Assembly: GCA_963702845.1 (NCBI GenBank)
Contig: OY969763.1
Coordinates: forward strand, 1,376,001 to 1,440,000
Direction of reading: 5' to 3'
Length of the DNA stretch: 64,000 nt
Origin: an uncultured Verrucomicrobiae bacterium
GTDB lineage: Bacteria; Verrucomicrobiota; Verrucomicrobiia; Limisphaerales; Palsa-1400
The translations under genes were made by a program, and so were the position numbers. A model generated the notes under the pieces. It had not been told where the DNA came from, did not search any database, and saw nothing but the letters and a program-made list of their open reading frames with translations. Positions 1 to 10,074 of the stretch are shown piece after piece. Numbering within the stretch: the first letter of the stretch is position 1; each line of letters opens with the position of its first letter.

Positions 1-3000
1 AGGTGGGAACAGGGCTGTCGGTTCGCTCACGGGTGTTTCGTGCACGGCGGACTTCTGCATTTCCAAATGCATGGGCTGTTGGGCTGCGGTCCACGTCTGC
101 CCACCGTCCATGCTGAGTTCAATGAACACATCGAAGAAACTGCTAATCATATAGCCACTTTTGACCGGCTTGACTGTGGTTTGGCCGGTGGACTGCAGGG
201 TTGGGCTCTCCCGCAACATAATTCCGTCAGATGGTGAACCCGAGGAAAAATCCAATTGCGTCATTTCTGCGTCATACGTTAGCGGAATACCCGCCTTTAA
301 AACGTAACGTCCATTCACAAATTTTGCGGTCGAGATGAACGTCTGTCCGCCGTCGGTTGAGATTTCAAACTGTGCCCCGCAAGTAAATGTGTCTGCTTGC
401 GGCGGGTCTGTTATAACGGGAGGCTCTGCTCCGCCGACGAAATCGCTCAACTGCAGATTGCGAACGATGACCGGTCCAGCAGTTACAGATCCGAACTGGA
501 CGGAGTTCAGCCCAAAATAGATCGAATTGGACGGGGGCAAAAACTTCTGTGGGAAAAACCAATCCACGATTGGATTGAGCGTCGAATCGAGAACGGTGAC
601 GGTGAAAGTACAAGTGTTCGTCAGGCCGCAATCGTCCCATGCAGTGCAGGTGACGGTGGTGGTTCCAATCGGGAACATTGTGCCGCTTGCCGGCGAAGAA
701 TCCAAATGATGGCCGAATGGGCAGTCTCCGAACAATTCGAGTTCGGTGTAATATACTACTGCACCACTTGGGCTGGACGCGTAAGCCGTAATGTTCGAGG
801 GGCAGAGAGGCGCATCCGGATTGGGCGAAAGATAATTCGGAATCAGGCTGACGGTGAAAGGATCGGTCAGCGCAGCCCAGCTTGCACCGCCGTCGAGACT
901 AACTTCCGTCCAAATGTCGAAGAAGCTGCTGACGTGGTATTCGGCGACTCCGGTATTTACTTCGCGGATGCTCGTACGACCGAGTGAAGCTTTGCTGGGA
1001 CTTTCGCGAAGCATGACTCCGGCCGGAAGTGTTCCGCCATTGATGTCGAGCGACAGCATCTCGGTATCGAAGAAACCGATACGACCGGCGGTGTGTTCGA
1101 CGTTCATGCTTTTCGTTGAAGTCACATCAAGATGTGGTTGTGTCGTGAACGCTTGAAAGGAAGCGCCGCCGTCGGTTGATAATTCTCCGTCGGCCTGTGC
1201 GGTTAACGTGTGCGTTTGCGGTTGCCCGATTGCGTCATCGGAAGAGGAGTACGGGTTGTCGAAATGCGACAGCGTGAATTTTCTAATGACCACGTTGTGG
1301 CCGGCCGTCGCGCCGATGAAACCAGCTTTTAGAGCATTTTGCGTGCTTTTTGCAGTCGCGGTTGGCTCGGGCGAATCCGATTCTCCGGCTTGTGACCCTA
1401 GTTCTAGCCGGATTGGCCCGACGCTCGCGGGAATCCACGATTGTCCGCCATCCATACTGATTTCGGGGAAGATGTCGAAGAAGCTGGCCATGCGCACGGT
1501 GTCGTTGTCCGCGGCATCAAAACGAATCTCTGTCTGGCCCCTGGAAGGAAGGGTGGGACTTTCGCGAATCATCAGGTTACCAACGTTCCCCAATCCGACG
1601 TCACACTTTGTGACTTCAATTTCGATTCTTTTAATCAGCTTTAGTGCGCCAGAGGTGATTTCGCTCGCGTTCAAGCTCATGCCAACGGCAGCCTGGGCTG
1701 TTTCGGTGCCCCATGTGTTACCGCCATCGGTCGAAACGTGCACTGTGAGCTGCATGGTCATGTCCTGCGTCGACTCCCCGACCGGAGTGGGCTGGCCCGT
1801 AACGCTGAACAATTTACAAACCCAATTACTCAAGATCACACCGCCGGCTGCGCCGCCGTTGAAGGTCGAAGACGTGCCTGAAACGGAGAAGTAGCCATCA
1901 TTCGGTGGTGGCATTAACTCCGTTGGTTCTCGGATCGCTGCAGGCATTGCGTGACTCAGTTCGATGTGCATCGGTTGTTGCGCTGCACTCCAGGTCTGTC
2001 CGCCGTCGACACTAAGTTCAAGGAACACGTCAAAGAAACTGCTGATCATGTAACCGCCGCTGATGGGCCTGACGGTAGTTTGGCCGATGGATTGCAACGT
2101 CGGACTTTCGCGAAGCATCGTTCTAGCGGGCAATGTGCCGCCAGAAATAGCGAGCGAGAGCATTTCGGCGCTGACACCGTCGGTGTTATCGACTTTTTCC
2201 CACTTTATCTGACCAACGGCTGTCGCTTGGAACTGTTGCGAGGATAGGCTGTCAGAGATTCGAACTTCGACTCCGCAAGTGAACGTATCGCTCTGTGGCG
2301 GACTTCCCAAAACAGGCGGAGTAATGCCTTCACTACAATCGTACAACTTGAGACCGAGCAAGTATCTGTCGTCGGGGTATGAAATTGCTGAATCGATCAA
2401 CGCAACGAATTGCCCTCCAGTCGGCCGAAGCGAATTCTGTTGGAAGAACCAATCGGCGATTGGGTAGATCGCCCGGTCAAGCACCGTGACAGTAAACGAA
2501 CAACTGTTGCTCAGGCCGCAATCGTCCGTTGCACTGCAAGTAACGATTGTTGTGCCGATCGGGAAGGTGCTGCCGCTCGGCGGTGTGCTCGTCAAATGGT
2601 GGCCAAAGGGGCAATCGCCGAAGAATTCCATCAAGGTGTAATCCACGACGGCACCGCTGGTGCTCGTGGCGTAGGTGGTGATGTTGGACGGGCAAATCGG
2701 CGCATCAGGGACAGGCGTAATGCCATCAGGATTGAGTGCGACTGTGATCGGTTCCGCCGCTGCCGACCATGTTTGACCCCCGTCGACGCTCAGTTCGGGC
2801 CAGATATCAAAGAAACTCGATATCCTCGATTCTTCGGGAATATCTCCATTTTGAAAAAAGTGGCGAATACTGGTGCGTCCCAGCGAAGCTTTGCTCGGAC
2901 TTTCACGAACCATAACGCCGGAGGGCAACGTTCCGCCGCTCATGTCCAGCGAAACCATTTCTGTATCGAAGAAACTGGTGCGACCAATGGTGTGTTCGAC

Positions 3001-6000
3001 ATTGACGCTCTTGGTCGAGGTTACATTGAGTTGCGGGATAGTGGTAAAGGTTTGGAAGGTGTTCCCGCCGTCGGTGGAGATTTCTCCGCTCGCTTGCGCG
3101 GTTAAGGTATGCGACTGGGGTTGGCCGAGAGGATCGTCGAAATTGCAAAATGACGAACTAAAATCCGCTATCGCAAATGTTCTGACAATGACAGGGCCGG
3201 AGCGCATGCCGATCCATTGACTACGTGGAATCAATCCCGAGGTCTGGGCAGGCGCGTTGGAATTATTTTGGCTGAATTGTGACGCTTGCGATTCCAATAC
3301 CATGTGGATTGGACCCGAGGATGAGGGCAGCCAGCTTTGACCGGCGTCGAGACTTACCTCAGGAAAAATATCAAAAAAACTGCTGATTCGATATGTGCCA
3401 TCCGGCTGAGTAATAATTTCGGTATGGCCACGCGAGGGCAACGAAGGGCTTTCGCGAATCATCAGCCCGCCGGGAAGGCTTCCGTCCGTGATGTCAAACT
3501 TCGTGACCTCAATTTCAATGCGTTTGATCAGTTTTGCTCCAGTACTTGTGGTGGATTGTGGCAGGGCAATTGAACAAACACATTGGCCTTTAGTTTTGAC
3601 GGCTTGAAACGTTGTGCCGCCATCGGTTGAGACGTCCGTTCGCACGTCGAATTCGAAGCTGTTATCAACATTCTGCCCGGCGTCAGGAGGCGGAAGCGAT
3701 TGCGATGGCAACTTGCAAATCATTCCCTTGATGACGATCTCTAGATCTCCCGTCGTGGGGCTTTTAATTAGTGTGTTCGACGACGTTACATAAGCATCGC
3801 ACGGTGGCGGCAACAGCTCGGTCGGCTCGGGAATCGCATTTGGCGTCGGAGGGGTGAGCACGATGTGCATCGGCGGTTCATAAGTAGGACAACGTGTAAA
3901 TGTTTGTCCGCCGTCGAAACTGATTTCTGTGAACACATCAAAGAAACTGCTGATGCGGGCGCTCAGATTATCAGAGATTTGTTTTTGCAGTTTGCCAATA
4001 GATGCTTTCGAAGGACTTTCGCGAAGTATCACACCCGGCGGCATTGTGCCGCCGGAGATATCCAGTTGAATCATTTCAGTGTCGTAATTCTGGGAAATTC
4101 CAGGGTTCCCTGAATCGGTGGGGTTCAGTTGGATGGTTCCTCGCGCCTTCGCCGTTGCTGACGTGTAGGTTTGTCCGCCGTCTTTCGACATCTCCAACGA
4201 AACATCGCACGTGAAAGTATCCGTTTGCGGTGAGTCGGTTAGGACTGGCGGACTGGTATCGACGGTGAAGTTGTAAAACCGATCATTGGCAAATTGCCAA
4301 TTGTGATTCTGGTCGCAATAGCGGCGCGCGGGCGAAAGGTTTTGGTATTCGCCGCCCGCAGGGAGGACTGATGGGCTTGGGAAATACCAATCAACGGTTG
4401 GATACGTTCTGATATCCACGACTGTGACGGTGAAGCTGCACGTATTCGTCAAACCGCAATCGTCCCATGCCGTGCAGGTAACCGTTGCCGTTCCGATTGG
4501 GAACGTACTGCCGCTTGCGGGAGAGCAATCGAGGTGGTGGCCAAATGGACAATCGCCGAACAATTCAGGCACGGTGTAATTGACGGTTGCGCCGCTGGAA
4601 CTGCTCGCGAACACCGTGATGTTCGAGGGGCATTGCGGCGCATCCGGCACGGGGGATGGATAATGCGGGGTGTAACCAACTGTTGCCGATCCGCTCACCG
4701 ACTCCGACCATGTTTGACCGCCGTCGAGGCTGATCTCGGGAAAGATGTCGAAGAAACTGCCAATCGCAAAATCTCCGCCGGTGCTTCCCTGGCTGTCACT
4801 GAAAAGGACGGCGCGCCCAAGCGAAGCTTTGCTCGGGCTTTCCCGAAGCATAAGTCCCGCTGGCAGAGTGCCGCCCGAAATATCGACGGACAGCATCTCA
4901 GTCTCATAAAATTGCGTGTGCCCTGGAGCAACGGTCGTTGGGGCGAACCGTACCCGCACGTTACACGGACAATTTGCGCCGTAATGGGTTGAGGAAACGC
5001 CACTGTTCTTTTGCGACAGATCAAATTCCACCTGACAGGTGAGACTTTCATCAGCACTCTGCTGGATCGATGTCGGAGGTAGCACCCCGCCGACGAAATT
5101 CCGTAAAACCAAATTGCTAATCACCTGACCGTTGGCAAATTCGCCGCTCCAGGGCGTTTCACTGATAAACGCGCCGGTTGCCGGTGGAAAATTAAGCGAT
5201 GAAACAGGTTGTTCCGGCCCGACTGATTGCAATTCCAAATGTAGAGGACCGTCCGCAGGGATCCAGGTTTGGCCGCCATCCGTGCTTAGTTCCGGAAATA
5301 CATCGAAGAAGCTGCCAATCCGTCTGGGATTACCGACAACGATGTCCCAGGTATCGTTTGGATTAACTCGAAGGGAAGTCGTCCCCCTGGATGGCAGGGA
5401 TGGACTTTCACGAATCATCAGTCCGCCCGGCAGGCCGGAGATATCCATTTGCAGCATTTCGGTTTGGAACAGGCGCTCGCTAATAGTGGGCGAATTGTCG
5501 CCACAAGGGGCGACCGTAATTGTTACCTGCGCTGGCGCTGAAGTTTTTTGAAAGGTATTGCCGTCGTCAGTGGAGATTTCCATTTCCACTGAGGAATCCA
5601 AGACGGCGGTGGTCGGCGTTGAGATCGTGTGTAAATCTAACAAGTTTTCCAGCGAATTTATCCTTTCCCTTATGTTTTTGATAATGATCTGCGAACTGCC
5701 ACCGGTTGAGCCGCTGACGAAGACGAGACGGGTCCTGGGACGGTCAGGAATGGCAACAAATTCGCTGTTGAACGGCGGGAAGAGAGCGGTCGAACCTGCA
5801 AAAGGAACTACTTGATCCGGATCAGCACCAATGAATTCGAGAGTTGAACTTTGGGGTGGCGATCCCGCGGAACCCGTGGACCAGGTCGCGCCGCCGTCGA
5901 CGCTGACTTCCGTAAAGACGTCAAAGAAACTGCTGATGAGGTAACCACCGGTCACTTGCTGAACTGTTGTTTGCCCGGTCGATTGTAACGTAGGGCTTTC

Positions 6001-6453
6001 GCGCAACATCACCCCGGCGGGCAACGTGCCGCCCGAAATGTCCAATTGAAGGAGTTCTGTATCGTATAACTCGCCATCGGTCCCGCCGCTGCTACTGCTG
6101 AGTCCGATTGTTACAATTGCGCGTGCCTGAGCTTCACGACTTTGGAATGTCGTTCCGTCATCTGTGGAAACTTCGAGTTCCACGGTACATGTCACTGAGT
6201 TGGTTTGTGGGCCTGATGTTGCGTCCGGTAGCGGGGTGTTCGGCGACCAATTGCTGAAACGCGCGTTCCTGAATATAACGTGGACATCATCATAATGCCG
6301 CGGGCCAGCCGCCCATTCGGTGTAGACCGCTCGTGGGGGCGGACAATCCCTGGTTTCACTCAATGATTTCTGGACTGCGTTGGCGTTCAACGCGGCAAGA
6401 AGAAGAATAGTGGCAACAGGGAAGTGCTTGCTTAACAAGGCCGAGGGTTTCAT
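1..6453 (-). CDS. Giant secreted repeat protein (3'-partial): 10 copies of an unassigned ~190-aa module plus 3 HYR-like domains
   Basis: ATG at 6453 gives MKPSALLSKHFPVATILLLAALNANA (signal peptide-like). Segments translated by hand at both ends are in the same frame and the ORF track lists no closed ORF in it, consistent with an open frame to base 1. Recurrent motifs TEMLxLDISGG, RESP and SSFFDVFxELSxDGGxTW. Confidence 0.9.
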   Translation of the reverse strand, partial: MKPSALLSKHFPVATILLLAALNANAVQKSLSETRDCPPPRAVYTEWAAGPRHYDDVHVIFRNARFSNWSPNTPLPDATSGPQTNSVTCTVELEVSTDDGTTFQSREAQARAIVTIGLSSSSGGTDGELYDTELLQLDISGGTLPAGVMLRESPTLQSTGQTTVQQVTGGYLISSFFDVFTEVSVDGGATWSTGSAGSPPQSSTLEFIGADPDQVVPFAGSTALFPPFNSEFVAIPDRPRTRLVFVSGSTGGSSQIIIKNIRERINSLENLLDLHTISTPTTAVLDSSVEMEISTDDGNTFQKTSAPAQVTITVAPCGDNSPTISERLFQTEMLQMDISGLPGGLMIRESPSLPSRGTTSLRVNPNDTWDIVVGNPRRIGSFFDVFPELSTDGGQTWIPADGPLHLELQSVGPEQPVSSLNFPPATGAFISETPWSGEFANGQVISNLVLRNFVGGVLPPTSIQQSADESLTCQVEFDLSQKNSGVSSTHYGANCPCNVRVRFAPTTVAPGHTQFYETEMLSVDISGGTLPAGLMLRESPSKASLGRAVLFSDSQGSTGGDFAIGSFFDIFPEISLDGGQTWSESVSGSATVGYTPHYPSPVPDAPQCPSNITVFASSSSGATVNYTVPELFGDCPFGHHLDCSPASGSTFPIGTATVTCTAWDDCGLTNTCSFTVTVVDIRTYPTVDWYFPSPSVLPAGGEYQNLSPARRYCDQNHNWQFANDRFYNFTVDTSPPVLTDSPQTDTFTCDVSLEMSKDGGQTYTSATAKARGTIQLNPTDSGNPGISQNYDTEMIQLDISGGTMPPGVILRESPSKASIGKLQKQISDNLSARISSFFDVFTEISFDGGQTFTRCPTYEPPMHIVLTPPTPNAIPEPTELLPPPCDAYVTSSNTLIKSPTTGDLEIVIKGMICKLPSQSLPPPDAGQNVDNSFEFDVRTDVSTDGGTTFQAVKTKGQCVCSIALPQSTTSTGAKLIKRIEIEVTKFDITDGSLPGGLMIRESPSLPSRGHTEIITQPDGTYRISSFFDIFPEVSLDAGQSWLPSSSGPIHMVLESQASQFSQNNSNAPAQTSGLIPRSQWIGMRSGPVIVRTFAIADFSSSFCNFDDPLGQPQSHTLTAQASGEISTDGGNTFQTFTTIPQLNVTSTKSVNVEHTIGRTSFFDTEMVSLDMSGGTLPSGVMVRESPSKASLGRTSIRHFFQNGDIPEESRISSFFDIWPELSVDGGQTWSAAAEPITVALNPDGITPVPDAPICPSNITTYATSTSGAVVDYTLMEFFGDCPFGHHLTSTPPSGSTFPIGTTIVTCSATDDCGLSNSCSFTVTVLDRAIYPIADWFFQQNSLRPTGGQFVALIDSAISYPDDRYLLGLKLYDCSEGITPPVLGSPPQSDTFTCGVEVRISDSLSSQQFQATAVGQIKWEKVDNTDGVSAEMLSLAISGGTLPARTMLRESPTLQSIGQTTVRPISGGYMISSFFDVFLELSVDGGQTWSAAQQPMHIELSHAMPAAIREPTELMPPPNDGYFSVSGTSSTFNGGAAGGVILSNWVCKLFSVTGQPTPVGESTQDMTMQLTVHVSTDGGNTWGTETAQAAVGMSLNASEITSGALKLIKRIEIEVTKCDVGLGNVGNLMIRESPTLPSRGQTEIRFDAADNDTVRMASFFDIFPEISMDGGQSWIPASVGPIRLELGSQAGESDSPEPTATAKSTQNALKAGFIGATAGHNVVIRKFTLSHFDNPYSSSDDAIGQPQTHTLTAQADGELSTDGGASFQAFTTQPHLDVTSTKSMNVEHTAGRIGFFDTEMLSLDINGGTLPAGVMLRESPSKASLGRTSIREVNTGVAEYHVSSFFDIWTEVSLDGGASWAALTDPFTVSLIPNYLSPNPDAPLCPSNITAYASSPSGAVVYYTELELFGDCPFGHHLDSSPASGTMFPIGTTTVTCTAWDDCGLTNTCTFTVTVLDSTLNPIVDWFFPQKFLPPSNSIYFGLNSVQFGSVTAGPVIVRNLQLSDFVGGAEPPVITDPPQADTFTCGAQFEISTDGGQTFISTAKFVNGRYVLKAGIPLTYDAEMTQLDFSSGSPSDGIMLRESPTLQSTGQTTVKPVKSGYMISSFFDVFIELSMDGGQTWTAAQQPMHLEMQKSAVHETPVSEPTALFPP

Positions 6454-6580
6454 ACAACGATTTAGCTTTCTGCGTCTGCTAACAGGCGTGTATACCGTGA
6501 CCTGATAATGACGCGCCAGTTCTTCAGGGCCTGCCACGAAGTACGTGGCTCGTTGGGCGGTGGAGCGTTGGCTTTTGGCG

Positions 6581-6608
6581 AGAGTAACGCCGCAGGAAAT
6601 GCTGTCAA
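6581..6608 (-). promoter_or_regulatory. Candidate sigma70 promoter of the giant repeat gene
   Basis: TTGACA-16 nt-TACTCT on the minus strand, about 130 nt upstream of the ATG. Confidence 0.5.
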
Positions 6609-6721
6609 CTAAAGTTTATAACTTTCGGTCGACAAACCAAGTCGCGCCTGAACAATCGGCTTTCACTAAAATGGCACGAAGGGTTGCGAGTGACTTGCGC
6701 ACGCACACGGCTCGTAAGCTG

Positions 6722-6759
6722 AAAATAAAAAAGGCGCTCTGGAAAACCAGAGCGCCTTT
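6722..6759 (-). terminator. Intrinsic terminator after HU
   Basis: AAAGGCGCTCTGG-AAAA-CCAGAGCGCCTTT perfect hairpin, followed by a T-tract on the minus strand. Confidence 0.85.
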
Positions 6760-6777
6760 AGCGGCAAAAACTAACAA

Positions 6778-7065
6778 TTAACGAGCGCCGAGGATCGCGT
6801 CTTTCGCGGCCTTGGCAACGCGGAACTTCACAACTTTCTTGGCGGGAATTTGGATGGTAGCGCCAGTTGCAGGATTACGGCCAACGCGGGCCTTGCGGTT
6901 CACCAACACGAGTTTGCCGATGCCGGGCAGGGTGAAGGTGTTCTTGGCGTGCTTGTAAGCGAGAGTAGCAATGTGCTCGAGAATCTCCGCGCCGGCTTTC
7001 TTGGTCAATCCGGTCTTGGTGGCGATTTCGGCTGCAAGTTGTGATTTAGAGAGTGCTTTTGCCAT
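6778..7065 (-). CDS. hup: HU family DNA-binding protein
   Basis: 95 aa; LPGIGKL...RKARVGRNPATGATIQIPAKKVVKFR HU/IHF signature. Confidence 0.93.
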   Translation of the reverse strand: MAKALSKSQLAAEIATKTGLTKKAGAEILEHIATLAYKHAKNTFTLPGIGKLVLVNRKARVGRNPATGATIQIPAKKVVKFRVAKAAKDAILGAR

Positions 7066-7244
7066 ATGTGTTCGTTTGGTTAATTATTACTGGGCGTGAT
7101 GCTCACGTGCGCCTACTTAAACAGGCATGCCGCGCGTCACGCAACGACAAAAATCGATTTTTTCTGAATATTTACAAGTCTTTTTTGACTTTTGTTGACT
7201 CAGCCCAAGCTTGACTTGCTGCGCCATTTTCCCACCATCGAATT

Positions 7245-8272
7245 GTGGCTGGCCTGTTCACTATCCAGAACGAATTTCGATACGAAATCGTTCGTAAAAT
7301 TTTCGAAGGCGGCATGGGCGTCGTTTACGAAGCAGAGCAACGCGGCGCGCGTGAGTTTGTCAAACGCGTCGCGATGAAGGTTATTCGCCAGAACTACGTT
7401 AATCAAAAACAGTTCATCGATAATTTCATCGGCGAAGCAAAGTTGGTCGCCGACCTCATCCACACCAACATCGTCCAGACCTATCACTTGGGGGAAGCTC
7501 GCGGACTTTACTTCATCAGTATGGAGCTTATTAACGGTGTGAACCTTGAACAGTTCGCATCGGTTCTCAAGCAGAAGGAGCGGGTGCTTCCGTCGGAACT
7601 AGCGGTCTTCATCGTCAGTCGCGTTGCACGTGGTCTCGCTTACGCGCATTCGAAAGCGGATGCGGAAGGGAAGCCTCTGGGGATTGTGCATCGCGACGTC
7701 AGTTTCAAAAACATCATGATCGCTTATGCGGGTGATGTGAAGCTGACCGACTTCGGCATCGCCAAAGCGCGCGGTTTTCTGCAGGACCAGGAAGGCGAAG
7801 TGATCGCAGGCAAAGCCGATTACATGAGCCCCGAGCAGGCTGATTTTCGCATCACGGACAAACGCGCGGACATTTTCTCGTGCGGCGTGGTGCTCGCGCA
7901 TCTGTTGTTAGGCTACAATATTTTCAAGGGTCGCGACGCGGATCAATCGCGCGAGCGGATTCTGAATCTGCCCATTCCAGATTTTCGCCAACTCGATACG
8001 CGCATCGATGATCGACTTAACGAAATTTTGCATCGGACACTGGCGCGAGACATCAATCAGCGCTACCCTAACGCCGATGATTTGTTGTACGATTTGGATA
8101 CTACATTTATCACAAAGGTTACGGGCCGACGAACGAAACACTTGGAAAGTTCATCCGCGAATTGTGCGGCGAGAGCACACACCTCGACCTGCATCAGAAA
8201 CCGCACCCGCCTTTGGAAGAAGCATCCACTGTGCGCCTGAAATCGCAGAAGGCGCAACAGGATGCAAAATAG
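7245..8272 (+). CDS. Ser/Thr protein kinase (Hanks type), frameshift near 8098
   Basis: GGMGVVY, VAMK, HRDVSFKN, DFG and YMSPEQ motifs; a plausible C-terminus (YIYHKGYGPTNETLGKFIRELCG) continues in another frame to TAG at 8270-8272. Confidence 0.88.
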
Positions 8273-8306
8273 CACGCGGACATTCTTGTCCGCGTTTTGA
8301 AGACAC

Positions 8307-9215
8307 GTGAAGAAAGCACCAAACAAAAAGAAGAATTCCAGCACAGTCATTCTGGGGTTAATCCAGACTCGCTGCTCATCTGAGCCCGACCAGAACTCGG
8401 CAAAGACCTACGCGCGGATTGAAGAAGCGGCCAAACGCGGCGCGCAAATTATCTGCACGCAAGAGCTGTATCGTTCGCAATACTTCTGCCAAAAAGAGGA
8501 CCACGACTATTTTGAACTGGCGGAACCGATTCCTGGCCCGAGCACGGAGGCGTTGACCGACATTGCGAAGAAGCACGGCGTCGTCATCATTGCGTCACTT
8601 TTCGAAAAGCGCGCCTCCGGCGTTTATCACAACACCGCAGCAATTATTGATGCGGACGGAAAAATGCTCGGCATCTATCGCAAGATGCACATCCCGGATG
8701 ATCCGCTTTATTACGAGAAGTTTTATTTCACGCCCGGTGACACTGGCTTTCGCGCGTGGCAGACGAAGTTTGGAAGAATCGGCGTGTGCATTTGTTGGGA
8801 CCAGTGGTATCCCGAAGCCGCTCGCCTGACTGCAATGCAGGGGGCTGAGATTTTATTTTATCCCACCGCCATTGGTTGGCATCCGGGAGAAAAAAAGCAG
8901 TACGGTGAGACACAGCATTCCGCGTGGGAAACAATCCAGCGCGGTCACGCCGTCGCGAACGGTTGTTACGTAGCAGTGCCCAACCGCATCGGATTGGAAA
9001 AACCCGCAGGGGGTAGGGGAATTGAATTCTGGGGCCAAAGCTTCGTTGCTGGAACCTCCGGTCAGATTATCGCCAAGGCGAGCCCGGACAAAGAAGAGAT
9101 TCTTTTAGTGCCAGTCGATTTGAACAAAGTGGACGTGACTCGCACGCATTGGCCATTCCTGCGCGACCGTCGTATTGATGCCTACGGCGACTTGTCGCGA
9201 CGGTTCATCGATTAA
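8307..9215 (+). CDS. aguB: Carbon-nitrogen hydrolase, N-carbamoylputrescine amidase-like
   Basis: TQEL, YRKMHIPDDP.YYEKFYFTPGD and ICWDQWYPE motifs (Glu-Lys-Cys triad); RTHWPFLRDRR. Confidence 0.82.
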   Translation: MKKAPNKKKNSSTVILGLIQTRCSSEPDQNSAKTYARIEEAAKRGAQIICTQELYRSQYFCQKEDHDYFELAEPIPGPSTEALTDIAKKHGVVIIASLFEKRASGVYHNTAAIIDADGKMLGIYRKMHIPDDPLYYEKFYFTPGDTGFRAWQTKFGRIGVCICWDQWYPEAARLTAMQGAEILFYPTAIGWHPGEKKQYGETQHSAWETIQRGHAVANGCYVAVPNRIGLEKPAGGRGIEFWGQSFVAGTSGQIIAKASPDKEEILLVPVDLNKVDVTRTHWPFLRDRRIDAYGDLSRRFID

Positions 9216-9216
9216 C

Positions 9217-10074
9217 ATGGCAACGTCTGTTTCGGTTTGGGTCACCGGAGCGGGCGGATTCGTTGGGAATGCCATCGTCCAATCGGCGCCGACTTATGCC
9301 CCGGGTTGGACAATTTTTGCAATCACCCGGCACCAACTCGACCTGACCGATTTCGCCTCGGTCACTGCACGTTTCGATAAAGATAAACCTGATGTCGTAA
9401 TTCACTGCGCTGCGATGGCGCGTAGCCCGGATTGCCAGGCGAATCCAACATTGGCGCGAAAAATAAACACGGACGCAACGGCGCATTTGGCCGAGCTTGC
9501 GCGAAATGGTAGATTCATTTTCTTTTCCACCGATCTGGTCTTTGACGGACGAAATGGAAATTACGTCGAAACTGATTCGCCAAATCCGCTGAGCATCTAC
9601 GCGGAAACCAAGGTTGCCTCCGAAAAAATAATCCTGCAAAACCCGCTTCACACCGTCGTCCGATGTTCCCTCGTCGGTGGGGCTTCACCAAAAGGAAATC
9701 ACTCCTTCAACGAAGACCTTCGCGCCGCCTGGAAAGCGGGTAAAACAACAAAGCTCTTCTATGATGAATATCGAACGCCTGTTCCGGCACCAATTGCCGC
9801 ACGCGCAATTTTGGAAATCGCTACCCGCAACCTCACTGGATTATTCCATCTCGCCGGCGCGGAGAAATTCTCCCGCCTTCAACTTGGCGAACTCGTGGCA
9901 TCGCGTCACCCTGAGTTGACTGCGCGTATTGAGCCCTGTTCACTCCGCGAGTATCAAGGCCCCCCTCGTCCAGCCGATGCTTCCCTCAATTGCGCAAAGC
10001 TCCAAAGTCTGGTTAGCTTTAAGCTGGCAGGATTGAATGAATGGCTTGAACAACATCCAGACGCCGACTTCTGA
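9217..10074 (+). CDS. SDR oxidoreductase, RmlD-like
   Basis: VTGAGGFVG, STDLVFDG, PLSIYAETK. Confidence 0.8.
   Translation: MATSVSVWVTGAGGFVGNAIVQSAPTYAPGWTIFAITRHQLDLTDFASVTARFDKDKPDVVIHCAAMARSPDCQANPTLARKINTDATAHLAELARNGRFIFFSTDLVFDGRNGNYVETDSPNPLSIYAETKVASEKIILQNPLHTVVRCSLVGGASPKGNHSFNEDLRAAWKAGKTTKLFYDEYRTPVPAPIAARAILEIATRNLTGLFHLAGAEKFSRLQLGELVASRHPELTARIEPCSLREYQGPPRPADASLNCAKLQSLVSFKLAGLNEWLEQHPDADF

Noticed and set aside
40..5815. Many plus-strand ORFs with recurring motifs (SMSKKL, PPSVEIS)
   Set aside because: Antisense shadows of the repeat protein on the minus strand.
1..6000. Recurring DNA words (TCGAAGAAACTGCT, CCGCCGTCG) as a possible CRISPR array or DGR template/variable pair
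   Set aside because: Spacing of 550-810 nt, degeneracy at codon third positions, and no cas or reverse transcriptase gene in the window; they encode protein motifs.
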